Shown: positions 23,631-37,299 of the stretch, in pieces
Layout: every line of letters starts with the position of its first letter
Numbering within the stretch: position 1 is the first letter of the stretch
NCBI RefSeq assembly: GCF_022045235.1
Contig: NW_027266286.1
Location: 16,182,001 to 16,246,000 of the forward strand
Length of the DNA stretch: 64,000 nt
Reading direction: 5' to 3'
Source of the DNA: Haliotis cracherodii
Lineage: Eukaryota
Translations under genes and position numbers: made by a program
Notes under the pieces: model-generated
Told to the model about the DNA's origin: nothing
The model's database searches: none
Seen by the model: only the letters and a program-made list of their open reading frames with translations

Positions 23631-24419
23631 CCTTATTATCCCCTCTTTAAAGTTGGCTGACAATACATACATTCTAAGGGACCGACTATATGAATTTCGT
23701 TGATGGGTATCTTTGATATCTTATCTTGAAAATCAATAAATTTGCTCTTTTCGACATAAATTGATAACATTTCAAACATGTTAGGGATCACGTGGAAGCA
23801 AGTTCATTTCCTACCCTAGTCTTCATCGAACCAATATATATTTACACAAAATTCTTCAGCCACAGATTACTTTTCACAAACTGTTGCAGGAATGATTGAT
23901 GGTTAAATAGACATAATCAAATTTAACAAGAGCTCCTCAATAATTTTCAATTGCAAAAACAAAAACTCGGTATACTGTCCTTTGAACCTCACTTTATACG
24001 TTTTTACTCGTGTGGTACTTTATACATATTGTTCACAATTCTTTGATAATATTTTCTTCTTTTTCATAATCATCATTATGATTAAAATGCATTAAAATGG
24101 TAAGGCGCTTGGCAACTCATGGTCGAACATCCACTGTATTACATCTCCATTCTAATATGATGAATACCGCTAAAAATTACCATTTATAATTACAAAATCA
24201 TTTGCGAAATTTGGAACAAAATCCAAACCATATTATGGAGAGGGGCGTCAAAATCGGCTCTACATGGTGTACCCATGTTGTGAAATGGTGTGACGAGTCA
24301 ACGCTTTAACCTCGCTAGACAAACCCCACCGCAAATGGCTTTGTCGGTTAAGATTATTTATACAAACAAATGTCGCATCAGGTTAGAAGTCTTGTATATT
24401 TCATGCAGGTGTTCACCAG

Positions 24420-24795
24420 AATAGTCACGTGATGTCATGGTTACGAGTTTAGCCAATCGGGAAACACTTCCGTTGCACGAGTTTTTCCTGCGCGTAATCC
24501 AGACTCTATAGATCGAAGCAGACGACGCTTACTTTATCAAATGCACCGGTGCATGTTAAATTAATTTCAAAAAGTTGTTTAGAATTCATTTAAAATCGAG
24601 ATTACAATGGGCTTAGACCCCTATTTGTCATGTTTATATTATTCACGCGCTACTTTGAAGGCTGCGTTTAGAACTTAGGTATGTCATGTGCATTATGAAG
24701 ACTTTCCACGAAGAAACATTTTTCAGCTTGATTTCCTGCCCTGTCGTATGTTTTCACTCTGGAGAGGACGTTGAACAAAACGACATGGTAAGTGC
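24420..24795 (+). promoter_or_regulatory. Putative promoter (GTCACGTGA E-box, CCAAT, ACTTCCG ETS) with two short 5' exons ending ATGG|GTAAGT
   Basis: Motif cluster at 24424-24472; donor TTAG|GTATGT ~24678, acceptor TTTTTCAG ~24726, donor ATG/G|GTAAGT ~24787; no downstream coding exon identified. Confidence 0.4.
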
Positions 24796-24943
24796 AGCAA
24801 TATTTAATTTAACAATCTGTTGGTGAACACATAATTATGTAAACGAATAACCTCTGTGGCTGTAACGATTCGCAGATGATGTGATGTTATATTCGATACA
24901 AAACAGCACCAGGGCACCAGGCCGGTAAGAGCGTTTCTCTGTC

Positions 24944-24982
<39 letters not shown>

Positions 24983-25321
24983 TGCGTGCGTGCGTGCTTG
25001 TGTCTGTGTGGAGGGGGTGGGGGAGATTGTCCCATGTCGTCAATGAATGAAGCATATTATTTAATGTAAGAATACAGCATGTACATGGAACATACTGATT
25101 CTAAATTTTGTTTATGTTCTTAGACCTATGTCGTTAGTGTTTTCAACTTAACCAATTACACAATTATAATTATATTTCACACACCAGTGATGTAACCAAG
25201 AGAAAACAGTTTCGTTGCCGTCATAATTGCTTCCTCAACACAATTTTGCAGTGTTAATATACCATTTATAAACTCCACCCGCACGAACAAGTAGTATATC
25301 ATTTATCAGTATTTTTTAGAT

Positions 25322-25457
25322 GATGAATGAATGAATGAATGAATGAATGAATGAATGAATGAGTATGTTTTTTTACGCCACTATTAGCAATATCACGGCG
25401 GGGATCGCAGAAATAGGCTTCACACATTGTGAGTACCCATGTCGGGATTCGAACCCG
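25322..25457 (-). mobile_element. Partial SINE family C with (TTCA)n tail
   Basis: Reverse complement of the family C 3' half. Confidence 0.7.
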
Positions 25458-26949
25458 CATGTGCACACTATACACACACCGAATTATTGTTTTCAACAAT
25501 TTTTTACAAGGAGAATTGTGTCCAACGCCTCCAAAATATGCATACATTCAGAGTATTTGCTGCGAAATGACCGTTTTAACCATGCATTGCAGCACTATCT
25601 TGTCAAGCTCCGCTATGAAAGGTGTAGTAACATAAATACATGCTGTTTCTATGTGAAACCTACAAACTGTAGTTGTTTGGTCCGCTGTAAGCAGCGCAAA
25701 CTTAGTACCAGTGTCTAAATAGGGAGGGGTGAGGTTAGGTGTCACATTTTCCTTCGGAAATTTTATCAATAAATCTTCTCAAGGTGAGACTTTGCTTAAC
25801 CCCTAGAAATGTTAGAAATGTTCTTAATCGCGACAGCGATCCACATAATTTTGGAGTCGATAGCTTACAATATATTTCTATCGGAGTCCATCCTGAACAA
25901 GTGCGAAACAACATACATAACCAACGATAATTTGGTGTCGGCAGGCTCTATGGAAATCTTATTGATTTAAAAAGGAAATACGTGTGATCAAATAGGTGTA
26001 TAGTATATTAGTATAAAGAGTATATCTAATGTTTTTCTAGCAAAAGTAATTGTACATCGTTTCGTTTTCAAAACAACACCAAGGACAAATATCAGAGTGA
26101 TTAAATATTGTCTATTAAATAATTGCATTCTTTAAAAACAGGTGATTGTCGACATAGATGTATTCCATTAAATATTGCAAATTATTGATATTTTGAGAGC
26201 AAAAGTTAAGCACATATTTTCGTATCGTATTTTCGAGAATGGCGATTTGAAAAATGAAGTAAAAAAAGGAATCCCATGCTCATTTGGGTTTAAAATGTCG
26301 TAAAGAAGTAACATATTTTGAACATTGTCCAAAATTCACTTTCCTATATATTTTCACAGGAAATGTTTATTGAATGAAATTTACTGATCAATATAAAATT
26401 GATATTTTCACCACAATAATCTTTGAATTTTGCATTCAATTGACCGATTTTAAAATAATAATTGATGTTGGTCTTTTTAAAATTTAAGTGTACATTTACC
26501 CGTTTTATATTCACAAAATATAGATACTTGAGACCATTCAAACAATAATATCATTGTAGAGGATTGGATCACCGGACAAATACAATTAGTTGACCCTCAG
26601 CAATGCTTTCAGACAAGCCAAGCGTCATCGAACTACGTTCTGGAATAGATTTTACACATGGACAGTGTAGACATTTCGCTCCTCTGCCAGATTTAAATCA
26701 AATCAGACAAATCCTCGTATTAGCTCTACTTAATTTAAAAGGATAGAAAAGGACTATATGTATGTTTACGTTAACTTGTGGCGTGTTCCATGAGACAACA
26801 TCACTTGACAATTCCTAAGTTATCTCCCTTTGTAAACGAAAGTGACACTTTCAAATTTTGATAAGAATTATGATTCTACACATTTTTTAAAAAAAAATTA
26901 CATCATCTAAATACAAATAGCTTGGTAATGTATTTGAGTCTTTCCTTTT

Positions 26950-29900
26950 TTTCAGCTCTGATTGTGACGTGCCACTTCCTATAATGAGTTGTTCTCATGT
27001 GTTTCAGATCCAGTTCTGACGCGGCACTTGTAGTATGAGCTGAGTTTTTTATGATTTATGTCCAGTTGAGACGCATCATTAAGACGAAGCAGATTTTTTT
27101 TCCAGACAGAAGCATTTTCTCAAGATTACGATGTAAACTCGGTGCTACTTTAACTCCATAAAGTTTCTATGTCACAGTGACTTTGACTGAATGTAAGCAT
27201 GTCCTTCTACAATTGTAGGTTATACCTAGACGACCAAGGTGCCTGGGCATGGGTTACACATTGCAACTGTCCGTGGTCATGTGGGCTCCATTCTGAGAAA
27301 GCCAGGTTATGCTGGACTTTCCCTGTGAAGAATGTGGTCAGTAGATATAGGGGTGTATTTTGCTGGTCCGAATGTTTCGAGTAGTAGGGAATGTATAACC
27401 TTCCGCATTCATGGTGAAGGGTATGAATGAGTTGCGGGTGCTGTCCACACCCAATGATACCCCAGTTACCGTAGAAAGGCAGTTGTAGTGTCAGCTGAGG
27501 TTGTCTGGAAGTCTGATCTCTAGAGCACATACACTGAAAGATATTAAAAAGCCCTCAGCTTCAGGTTAAAATGAAGAGATACGCTGTCTCCGTTTGACCA
27601 TTTATTTAGCACAATAGTCAGTGCAAAGATTTGGAGTTGTGGACCTCTATGGTGTGTACCCGTTCCGGCAAGTAACTTTGTAGAGGTTTATAACAATTTG
27701 CGTATCACTACCAAAGGATCATTGTGAAAACAAAATCAAAAATCTATAGTCTAAATTGAAATGTTCCACCTCCAGTAACGATTTAGTCTTTTAATGTTTT
27801 AGATCCAGTTCAGACGCGCAAAATCCTATTTTAATGAGTTGGTCTTCAATGTTTCATCCTAAGTTGTTAGCACCACTTCCTATAATGAGTTGGTCTTCAA
27901 TGTTTTATCTCAAGTTGTGACAAGCCACTTCATATAATGAGTTGGTCTTTTATGTTTCAGCTCCGGTTGTGACGCGCCATTTCATATAATGATTTGGTCT
28001 CAATTTTTTTCAGCTGCAGTTGTGATGCACCATTACATTTAATTAGAAACTCTCTAATCTCCAGTTGTGACGCACCACTTCATAACACCCGTGAAGATCC
28101 GAGGTAGAATACGTCTTCAGCAATCCATACCTGCCATAAAAGGCGACGATGCTTGTCGTAAGAGGCGACTAACGGGATCGAGTGGTCAGGCTCGCTGACT
28201 TGGTTGATAAATGTCATCGACCCCAATTGCGTTGATCGATGGTTATGATGTCAATCACTGGATTGTCTGTTCCAGACTCGATTATTTACAAACCGCCGTC
28301 ATATAGCTGGAATATTGCTGAGTGTGGCGTTAAACAACAAGCAAACAGACACTTCATATAATGTGTTGGTCTCAAATGTTACAGCTCCAGTTGTGACACG
28401 CCACTTCATATAATGAGTTGGCCTATAATGATTCAGTTCCAGTTGTAATATGCCACTTCATATAATGAGTTGGTCTCTAATGTTTCAGGTTCAGTTGTGA
28501 GCACCACGTCCTATGATGAGTTGGTCACTATTGTTTCAGCCCTGATTGTGATGCGCCACTTCCTATAATGAGTTGTTCTCATATGTTTCCGATCGAGTTG
28601 TGACGCACCACTTCCTACAAGTATGAGCTGGGTTTTTGTTATGATTTATGTCCAGTTGAGACGCATCACTAAGACGAAGCCGATAATTTTTCAGACAGAA
28701 GCATTTTCTCAAGATTACGGTGTAAACTCGGAGCTACTTTAACTCCATAAAGTTTTTATAGTCACAGTGACTTTGACTGAATGTAAGCATGTCCTTCTAC
28801 AATTGTAGGTTATACCTAGACGACCAAGGTGCCTGGGCATGGGTTACACATTGCAACTGTCCGTGGTCATGTGGGCTCCATTCTGAGAAAGCCATGCTAT
28901 GCTGGACTTTCCCTGTGAAGAATGTGGTCAGTAGATATAGGGGTGTATTTTGCTGGTCCGAATGTTCCGAGTAGTAGGGAAAGTATAACCTTCCGCATTC
29001 ATGGTGAAGTGTAAGAATGAGTTGCGGGTGCTGTCCACACCCAATGATACCCCAGTTACCGTAGAAAGGCAGTTGTAGTGTCAGCTGAGGTCGTCTGGAA
29101 GTCTGATCTCTAGAGCGCATATACTAATAGATATTAAAAAGCTCCCAGCTTCAGGTTAAAATGAAGAGATACGCTGTCTCCGTTTGACCATTAATTTAGC
29201 ACAATAGTCAGTGCAAAGATTTGGAGTTATGGACCTCTGTGTTGTGTACCCGTTCCGGCAAGTAACGTTTGTAGAAGTTTATAACGATTTGCGTATCACT
29301 ACCAAAGGAGCATTGTGAAAACAAAATCAGAACTCTATAGTCTATATTGAAATGTTCCACCTCCAGTAACGACGATTTAGTCTTTTAATGTTTTAGATCC
29401 AGTTCAGACGTGCAAAGTCATATTTTAATGAGTTGGTCTTTTCAGATCAATTTGAGGAGCGCCACTTCCTGGTATAATGAGTTGGTCTTCTATGTTTCAG
29501 CTCCGGTGGTGACACGCCACTTCTTATAATGACTTGTTCTCATGCTTCAGCTCCGATTGTGACGTGCTGCTCCATATAATGATTTTGGTCACTAGTTTTT
29601 CAGCTGCAGTTGTGATGAACCACTTCATTTAATTAGAAGCTCTCCAATGTTTCACCTCCAGTTGTGACGCACCACTTCAAAACATCCGTGAAGATCCGGG
29701 GTAGAATAGGTCTCCAGCCACCCATACTTGCCATAAAAGGCGACTATGTTTGTCGTAAGAGGCGACTTATGGGATCGAGTGGTCAGGCTTGCTGACATGG
29801 TTGATGAATGTCATCGACCCCAATTGCGTGAGCCGATGGTTATGATGTCAATCACTGAATTGTCTGGTCCAAACTCGATTATTTACAGACCGCCGTCGCT
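26950..29900. repeat. Tandem duplication of a ~1.59-kb unit bounded by ~52-bp minisatellite arrays; each unit contains a family B SINE
   Basis: 27199 aligns with 28789 (offset 1590); repeat unit ~GTTTCAGCTCCAGTTGTGACGCGCCACTTCATATAATGAGTTGGTCTCTAAT. Confidence 0.9.
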
Positions 29901-31496
29901 AGCCCGTCTAACGTAAGGGCAAGCGCAGAACCATTATCTGGGATGCTGAGAACACCACAACCCATGTGTAAAAAAAGCTTTGAAATTCCCCCAACATTTG
30001 AGAGAATTACCTCGTCGCATCCGTATCACGCATTCATGCGCGGGGCTTTTGACATTCAATGTGTACAGTGTAGTACAGTGGAATATCTGCTTTGACTTTA
30101 TTGCGTCATTGTTTTGACATCAGGGCGAAATGAACGTTTTACTTGTTGTGGGGCCGAAAGTGAGTCTGAGTTTCACAGAGGCGTTTTTTTAGGATTAATA
30201 TAACAGAGGATAACAAATGTAAATAGAATCAAGATTCAAAGAAGTATTATTATGAATCATAGTAAATTACAAATGCTGATTAGTCAAAGTCCTGTCTCGA
30301 CAGATTCTTCTGTGCACGGTAATATTTTATGAGTGAAGGAAATATGTCCATGATAGCAGTAAGGTAGCCCAGTGTCTCAATAAAGGTTTGGCACCTCACG
30401 CCGATACGACTGAGTTCGATTCCTTACATCTGGCTAATGTTTCGTATGAAGTCCATTCCTACAGTCCTCCACCGCGAAGCGTATAACACCATACCCATGC
30501 ATTTAGTGCACACACACAACTCAAACTATGGGGTACATAATAGACTAACATATAGTCTCTGCTCAGAAATGAACATATCGTACAGAAAAAACAGTTGTTC
30601 AGTTACCTTAATATAAATATTTAAAAAAGGGAGCCCAGTGATTCTCTTCATTTCCTGATACTGCAGTAATCTAGACTTGCCAAACATTATAGACTTGCAT
30701 GGGCTGTAGTTGATATATTTGTATCAGGGTCTGTAAGACAGATTAGGTACATAATAACATAGACATTTATTTGATAACAGAATAATAAACGCATATAATA
30801 TATCCATTGTAATTAAAAATGTGTTTTGGGTACACTTCCTTCAAGTAGCCACGACACCAGCAAGTATTAACACACTCGGGGTACTGTGACGCGCAATCAA
30901 AGTAAGTCGCCTCTTACGACAAGCACAGGTTACTTGAGGCGACGCCTACTTCGGACTCCCCATAGGGTGACATTATTATTTAAGGCCATTGACACATTTT
31001 TGTTTGTTTTTCAACGCCGCACTCAGCAATATTCCACGGTCCACAGACCACGGGTCTGTAAATAATCGAGTCTGCACCAGACAATTCTGTGATTGACATC
31101 GTGAGCATCGATCACGCAAATGGGATACAATGACATGCGGCGTTAAACAAGCAAACAAGCAAACAAACAAACCAACAAAGCAACAAACAAACTGAAGCCT
31201 GAAAGCGAGAGAAAGCCTCGGAGTTTTTCCACTTTTATCAACTCGTGTTGATATATTTGATATCAAATGACACTCGGGTGAGATTCTCTCTCTATATATA
31301 GCGTTGTTGATGCAATGTGGACACTCTATGAATAATTTATCTTTTCAAAAAGGTCTCACTTAATGGATTCTAAAAGACTAACTTGTTTCTTCTCTGCAGT
31401 TTTTATTAAGTTATGAATAACAACGAAGTTATTATATTCGCTCGATCGGGCAACAAAGTGTATACCATGCGTTTCGTTTATTGATAAAGGGATAAT

Positions 31497-31635
31497 TAGG
31501 CCAGTAGGAAAATCCCCTAATTCAATTACACCTAGACATTTTTTTCGATAACAGAATATGTATATGATTCATTTAAACATAAAATTTGTCTTTTATCAAA
31601 AATGTCTAGGTGTTTCAATATTTCTACTGGCCTAA
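31497..31635. repeat. Imperfect inverted repeat (hairpin element) upstream of FAAP100
   Basis: AGGCCAGTAG/CTACTGGCCT and ACACCTAGACATTTTT/AAAAATGTCTAGGTGT arms. Confidence 0.75.
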
Positions 31636-31896
31636 AACATTATATCCTTAATCCGCTTTCGTGCGAGATTTCGCATTTTGTACTAAGTGAAAGTAATTGT
31701 TTGAAATATTTTATGACGTATAAGATGGCAAGTGTTCACTGTCAGAAAAGACAAATGTGTCATATTCCGTAAGACAACTTAAATCCTAGTTCACTGGTTC
31801 CCTTTTCAATGTCAATGCAGTCTGCGGTATATTAGAGTGAGCTCGTGTTTGTACACAATGACTTCTCCACGGAAAGGGGGGCAACTCTAGTGAAAG

Positions 31897-34800
31897 ATGG
31901 CGGGAAAATGGGCTTGAATTGCTGAGTTTCGAGAATTTGACTGAAACTAAAATGCGAGGATTTGTCATTCATAAACGGTTTCTGCATTTATACGCAGGAT
32001 GCAAGAGGAAGGTAACTGGTGTTGTAAGAAAGCCTGACGAATTGCCACACATGAATAACACAATCAAACAAATCAAAACGTGGAATATGAATCAAATATG
32101 GCCACACCCACTATTTACAAAAATAACACTGAGTGCAGTGCCGATTGAAGGCATTCACCTGTGCACCGTGATACTAAACTCAGTAACACACAATATACTT
32201 CATCCTGTATTGTTATTGTCAGCACATCAAGTGGCTGAGGAGGTGTCTAACAGCGACATCCTCCCAGTCCCACACTGTAGCCCAGTCCGTATAACACAAT
32301 CGGACAGTGTCAAAGAGCGGATTACCAGCTAGAGCGAAAGACAGGGCTCATCACCCGCGTACCTAAAAGAGGTTGGCACCCTTATATTCTCATATGTGCG
32401 GTCTTTGTGCTTAATTTTAATAGTGCCAGGACAATCTTGAGTCCATATTTTCTTGCTCAGTGGTAATTAAAATATCTAGATGTAGCTTGTAAAATAAAGA
32501 AAACAATGTGAAATGATTTTTGTTTGAGAAACAATAATCACTTGAAATAAAGTTGAACAAAATTAGAAACAGAAGATCCAGGTTCACATATTTAACACAA
32601 ATACAGCTTCTTAATTGTTGATATATTTTTGTAAATTTAGACTGGGCTATAACTACATTGACACTCAGACCTATATGATAATATACAGGTCCGTTGTTGA
32701 TATAAGACCAAAAATGAATTACATCTGTAATTTGAATCGGGATCTCCAAGCCTGTCTCTCAAACTACGCTATGAATGATTACAGGTTTTTTTCTAATTGA
32801 TTTTGTAAGGTTAAAGATGTTATTGTGATAGAATCTATGTATCTGTTCAACAGGTAATCATCAAATCTGGTGATGACTTCACAGACTTCTCTGTATGTAG
32901 CCGACACGCATCATCTGTGTGGCGGGTTCTCATACTGACTCAAACTCACAAGGTCTATCTCATAGATGTACCTGACACTGACACACCCTCAGAGGACATA
33001 AGGTCAGTACCACATGTGAATGCAGTGTTCCCGCTGGCTTTTAAAAGTCCTGGTGGACTGGCAACTCGAACAATTGCCTGTCCCCTCCAGTTTTTGTCAG
33101 TCCCAACTTTCAACAAATAAAAACACATTTGAAAATTACCTGGTTTTAATTCATTCAACATCATGTTCAATGCAATGATGTCATCTCTGAACTTCGCACA
33201 TCATGGAATTTGCTCACGTGAGGCACTGTCTTCATCAGCTGATGAATGTCAACAAATGCAACTTCAATCCTTAAGTGAATATTGCTGATGTTTTGTTTAC
33301 CACAAAAGATTTATAAGGTTTTGTATTTGCCAGTCCAATTTAACCAGTGAAAACTGGTAATTACTGGTAAACGGGAACACTGGTATGAGATGCTACATGT
33401 AGTGGCGGACCCAGGGAGGGATGCCACACCCCTTTTGAAATGACATGACCCCCCCCCCCCCCCCCCCTAATAAAACCAAAATACCTTGTATTATTGAAAT
33501 GATTGTAATACTTGTATACATCATTGTTTCCTGTTTTCCACAAATTTTACCCTTTATTTTTTCTACTGTTGAAATGCCTGGTAGACAAAGGGGAAATAAC
33601 TCTCCTCAGCTGTCATGTTGCAGATTGTGTTTCCCTTGATAACATGAGGTGAAACGTCACATCCAAGATTATTGCACTTATATAGTGACATGGGTGTGGG
33701 TGGCTGCTTGTACTTGTCCAGACTACTGCCAATTTTATAGTGCTAGCCCACTGAGATACCATGCCATTGTTTAACATGACTGCCCTACTCAGACACAGTG
33801 TCTCATTGTAAATCAACATGGAAGGTTCCTCCACTGTGCAACTGGGTAGCTTGGTGGTTATGTGTTTTCTCTTCACATTGAAGGCCCGGGTTTGATTCCC
33901 CACATGGGTACAATGTGCGAAGGCCATTTCTCGAGGAATGTCACTAAAAGTGGGGTAAAACCGTCCATGCCCTCCATTTTCAGGAATTACAACAGGGTGC
34001 CACGATGGAAGCCAAGGGTTGCTCTCAGTCACTCTCCATAAATAACTGACCACCTCCATGGTCTTGTGGTAGAGCATCCACCCTGAGAGAGGAAGGTCCA
34101 GGGTTTGATCCCCGGCCACGTCATACCAAAAGACGTTAAAAGATGGTACTTGTTGTTACTCTGTCTGGCACTCTGCATTAAGGGGCTAAAACAAAGACTG
34201 GTCGACTCGGAGTCAGTGTACTGTGTCTGAGTAGGGTATTCATGTGAAACTGCAGCATATGGTATCTCAGTGGGCTAGCACTATTATAAATCAACATTAT
34301 TACAGACTAGAACAAGTACCCACACACACATATAAGTACATAATCTTGGACACAACGTAAAACCCCATTTCACCTCACCCATAAATAACTTTTATATTTC
34401 AGTGATGAGGAAAAGCCCAAAGAAGGAAACCAAACAATATTTTCAGAACTTCTCGACAAGGAAGAAGATGAAGAAATTACCATTGTCCCCATCTGTGACA
34501 GTGTGATCCACCTCAACTCGGAACACCTATTTCTGCAAAGTGACTCTCCAATCAAATGTATTGAAGTTGTGCGGAGCCTCCTATTGACATTATCAACAGA
34601 CCCAGTAAGAAAAGTCAAGGTTTATGAGCTGGATAGCTTTCAAAACCATGACCAAAGCAACAACAATCCAACGCTTGAAATAAAGTGTCCAACATTACAA
34701 TTTGATTCACAAGCAGACAAGCTGGGACTCCATGTGCTTGTTTGCAGTGGTGAAGATCAGGATAAATGGATGTCTACAGATGTCATACAGTTGCATCAGA

Positions 34801-35331
34801 TATTATTCACAGCCTTGTTCAAAACAGAAGCGGCACTACTTCATTCACCAATAATCCTGTTCACATTAAATGGCTGTGTCTTTTGCCATCAGATGAAGAC
34901 GCTTTTGTCAGGAGAGTTATGGGAAATTCTATGTGATATTGAAGGATCAGTTGAAAGCATTACAAAATTGCAAGTTAAACCAAAAGATGAAGGGAGTGAT
35001 CTCCCCTTTACTGCTCTTCAGCCTCAGGGTTCAAAATGTTCCGAGGGACTTTTGGTCTGTTCTTCGACTGGGAAGACAGTTTTGGTACACATTAAACAAC
35101 CCGATGGTGGTGTTTTGTATGATATTATTTCCCTTCCTGGTCCTGTTGTGTGTTGCGATGCATTTGAGTCTATGGTCTATCACAGTACTGGCAAACAGAT
35201 CTACAAGCATGTTTTCACCAGGTGCAACAATCCACCAAAGGGAGGTAACTCAGTGGACCTTGAGTCTGAGTTACTTCATCAGACGTTTGTGAATGGACTT
35301 GTAGTTGATGGAGAGAGTCTGGATGCATCAG
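31897..35331 (+). CDS. FAAP100: Fanconi anemia core complex-associated protein 100 homologue, N-terminal exons (31897/31952-32011, 32854-33002, 34403-35331); incomplete in this window
   Basis: Exon 3 contains LFTALFKTEAALLHSPIILFTLNG and ISLPGPVVCC...VYHSTGKQI, matching recalled vertebrate FAAP100 motifs (LFGADATLLQSPVVLCGLPDG; LPGPVLCAAC...VYHST). GT-AG junctions join in phases 0 and 2. Confidence 0.75.
33646..34378. mobile_element. Intronic SINE cluster: partial family D (minus, 33646-33800), family C (33840-33965), full family D (plus, 34048-34378)
   Basis: Similarity to 19453-19802 and to family C. Confidence 0.8.
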
Positions 35332-35412
35332 GTAAATGTACCATTGAAAAATACGTTAATACTTTAGAATATTTTTTATATATTTTGCACAACTTTTATA
35401 GAATTGAATTTA

Positions 35413-35940
35413 CAGTCAAGTCTCGTTAATCCGACACTCGTTAATCTGACAATCAGCTTTATGCGACACTAATGATGGGAACCAATTAAATCAGTGCTAT
35501 GTAGACCTGTTAATCCGACAGTCTCGCACTCCAACTCGGACACACCTAATTTGCAACGAATTACTGAAATCATCACTCTCGTTGATCCGACACAATGATC
35601 AGCTTACTCTGTGGTCATCTGTCCGCGAGTACACAGCCAGTGTTTTGATGCGAGACGAGTTGGCTGGTAGCTGCATATTACAAAGCTTAACAATAGACAA
35701 TTAATGCTTTAAATGAAGAAAACAGGTTTAATCACGTGCTAAGATTACCTCAATCCCGTTAAAATCAGATTCAAGTTCTCACTATCGCCGAGGACATCCC
35801 ATTACAGGTCACGTCAGAAGAGCCTTTCGCGAACTATGACCTATGAATGTTGGTACTACTTATTTTCGTTTATCCGACATACTTGTTAATCCGACATAAT
35901 CATGTGCAACCAGCCATGTCGGATTAACGGGACTTGACTG
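35413..35940. mobile_element. Tigger/pogo-like MITE (528 bp)
   Basis: TIRs CAGTCAAGTCTCGTTAATCCGACA / TGTCGGATTAACGGGACTTGACTG with TA TSD; internal TTAATCCGACA repeats. Confidence 0.9.
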
Positions 35941-36421
35941 TAATTGGTACCAGTCATTTTTTTTATTGTTATGCTATGGGTCACAAAATATTGTGATGAT
36001 TAATTAAAGAAGATAGCTGCATGTATACCTAAAAAGTGAAAATAAGACATTCTGCTCATCAGGAATATTAGTTACAGTAATTGATAACATGTCAGTCCTA
36101 ACTACGTTGTGTGATGTTTACATTCGAGTGTACTGGAAGTGACCTCTGAACTTGACTACGAGTGCACATGCAAGAGTGGAAGCTCAGGGGTTTGATGGGT
36201 AAAACAGGAGGCAGTAGCATGGTTACAAATGGTGGGGATTTGACATGAACTGTCAGTGGTGTGAACTGTAACAAGTTGTGTGAGAGAAGGAGTGGAAAGG
36301 GCAATAAAGGTAACTAACAGTTATGACAAAACTTGCAAAGTGCCCCTTTCCAAGCAATATCCTTTTTGCTAGCAATAAATAGTATGATTGAGTTTTGAAC
36401 ACATAGTTTCAATCCTGGAAG

Positions 36422-36550
36422 CGTGAGTGATTATGGTTTTTACGCTGCATTTAGCAATATTCCAGCAATATCACAGCAGGGGACTCCAGAAATGGGCTTC
36501 ACACATTGTACCCATGTAGGGGAGTCGAACCCGGATCTTCGGTGTGGCGA
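36422..36550 (-). mobile_element. SINE family C, partial
   Basis: Reverse-complement match. Confidence 0.75.
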
Positions 36551-37299
36551 GGGAACTACAATCCTGGTAAGAATTGGCAGTCATGTGACTGTGAGCTGAT
36601 ATATTGGCAGTGAACTTGGTCAATAGTGCTATATATACTACATCTGCATGTTTTTATGCCCCAAGTTTGAAAAACGGTCTAGTGGTGCCTTTTGATGATT
36701 TGAGATTTTTATTATTTTTTTATTTTCTTTTGTTTTCATGCTTTTTCATGATGAAAACTATTTTTTCCATTTCCAGAGCAGAACTCCAAAACTGTTCAAT
36801 ATTTCCAGATGAAACTTGTTATACAGGTCAGCCTATTGGTGAATTGGTGTCTTTTGATGATTTGGGATTTTGAAAAAAGTACTGAACAGCATTATTTTTT
36901 CCTTCACTGAACTGAAGGTATCCAACGGCAATGAACCAAAAGTGGGTTATAAGTAGCCAAACACCTTTTCCTAATTGCACCAGAATGGGGGGATATGTCA
37001 TCTCCTGATGACTCTTGGTTCTTTCAGTTCACGCAGGTACTGCATGTACACTGCACATGCTGATAAATACTGTAATTCTGGAAAGTTTTGCGCCATGAAA
37101 TTACTGAGAGTGGCAAACAAGGGGCCTCAACTGCGTTTGTAAAGTTTGGTGACACCCTGTTAAGATTACCAAAGATCAAAGCTACTTTTGCAGGTGTTAT
37201 ATTTTTTAAATTATTCCCCCACATCAGTATGCAATATTCCTTCTCGCTTCGAATACATAACAGTGTAGAACATTGTGAACACTCTGTTTTGGTTTCCAT

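Noticed and set aside
27199-27530. Duplicated 107-aa (minus) and 61-aa Cys/Trp-rich (plus) ORFs, repeated at 28789-29120
   Set aside because: The two copies are nearly identical, so ORF retention is uninformative; no domain recognised.
29975-30050. kB-like sites (GAAATTCCCC; also GGAAAATCCCC at ~31507)
   Set aside because: Short motifs with no clearly linked gene start; the second lies inside a hairpin repeat.
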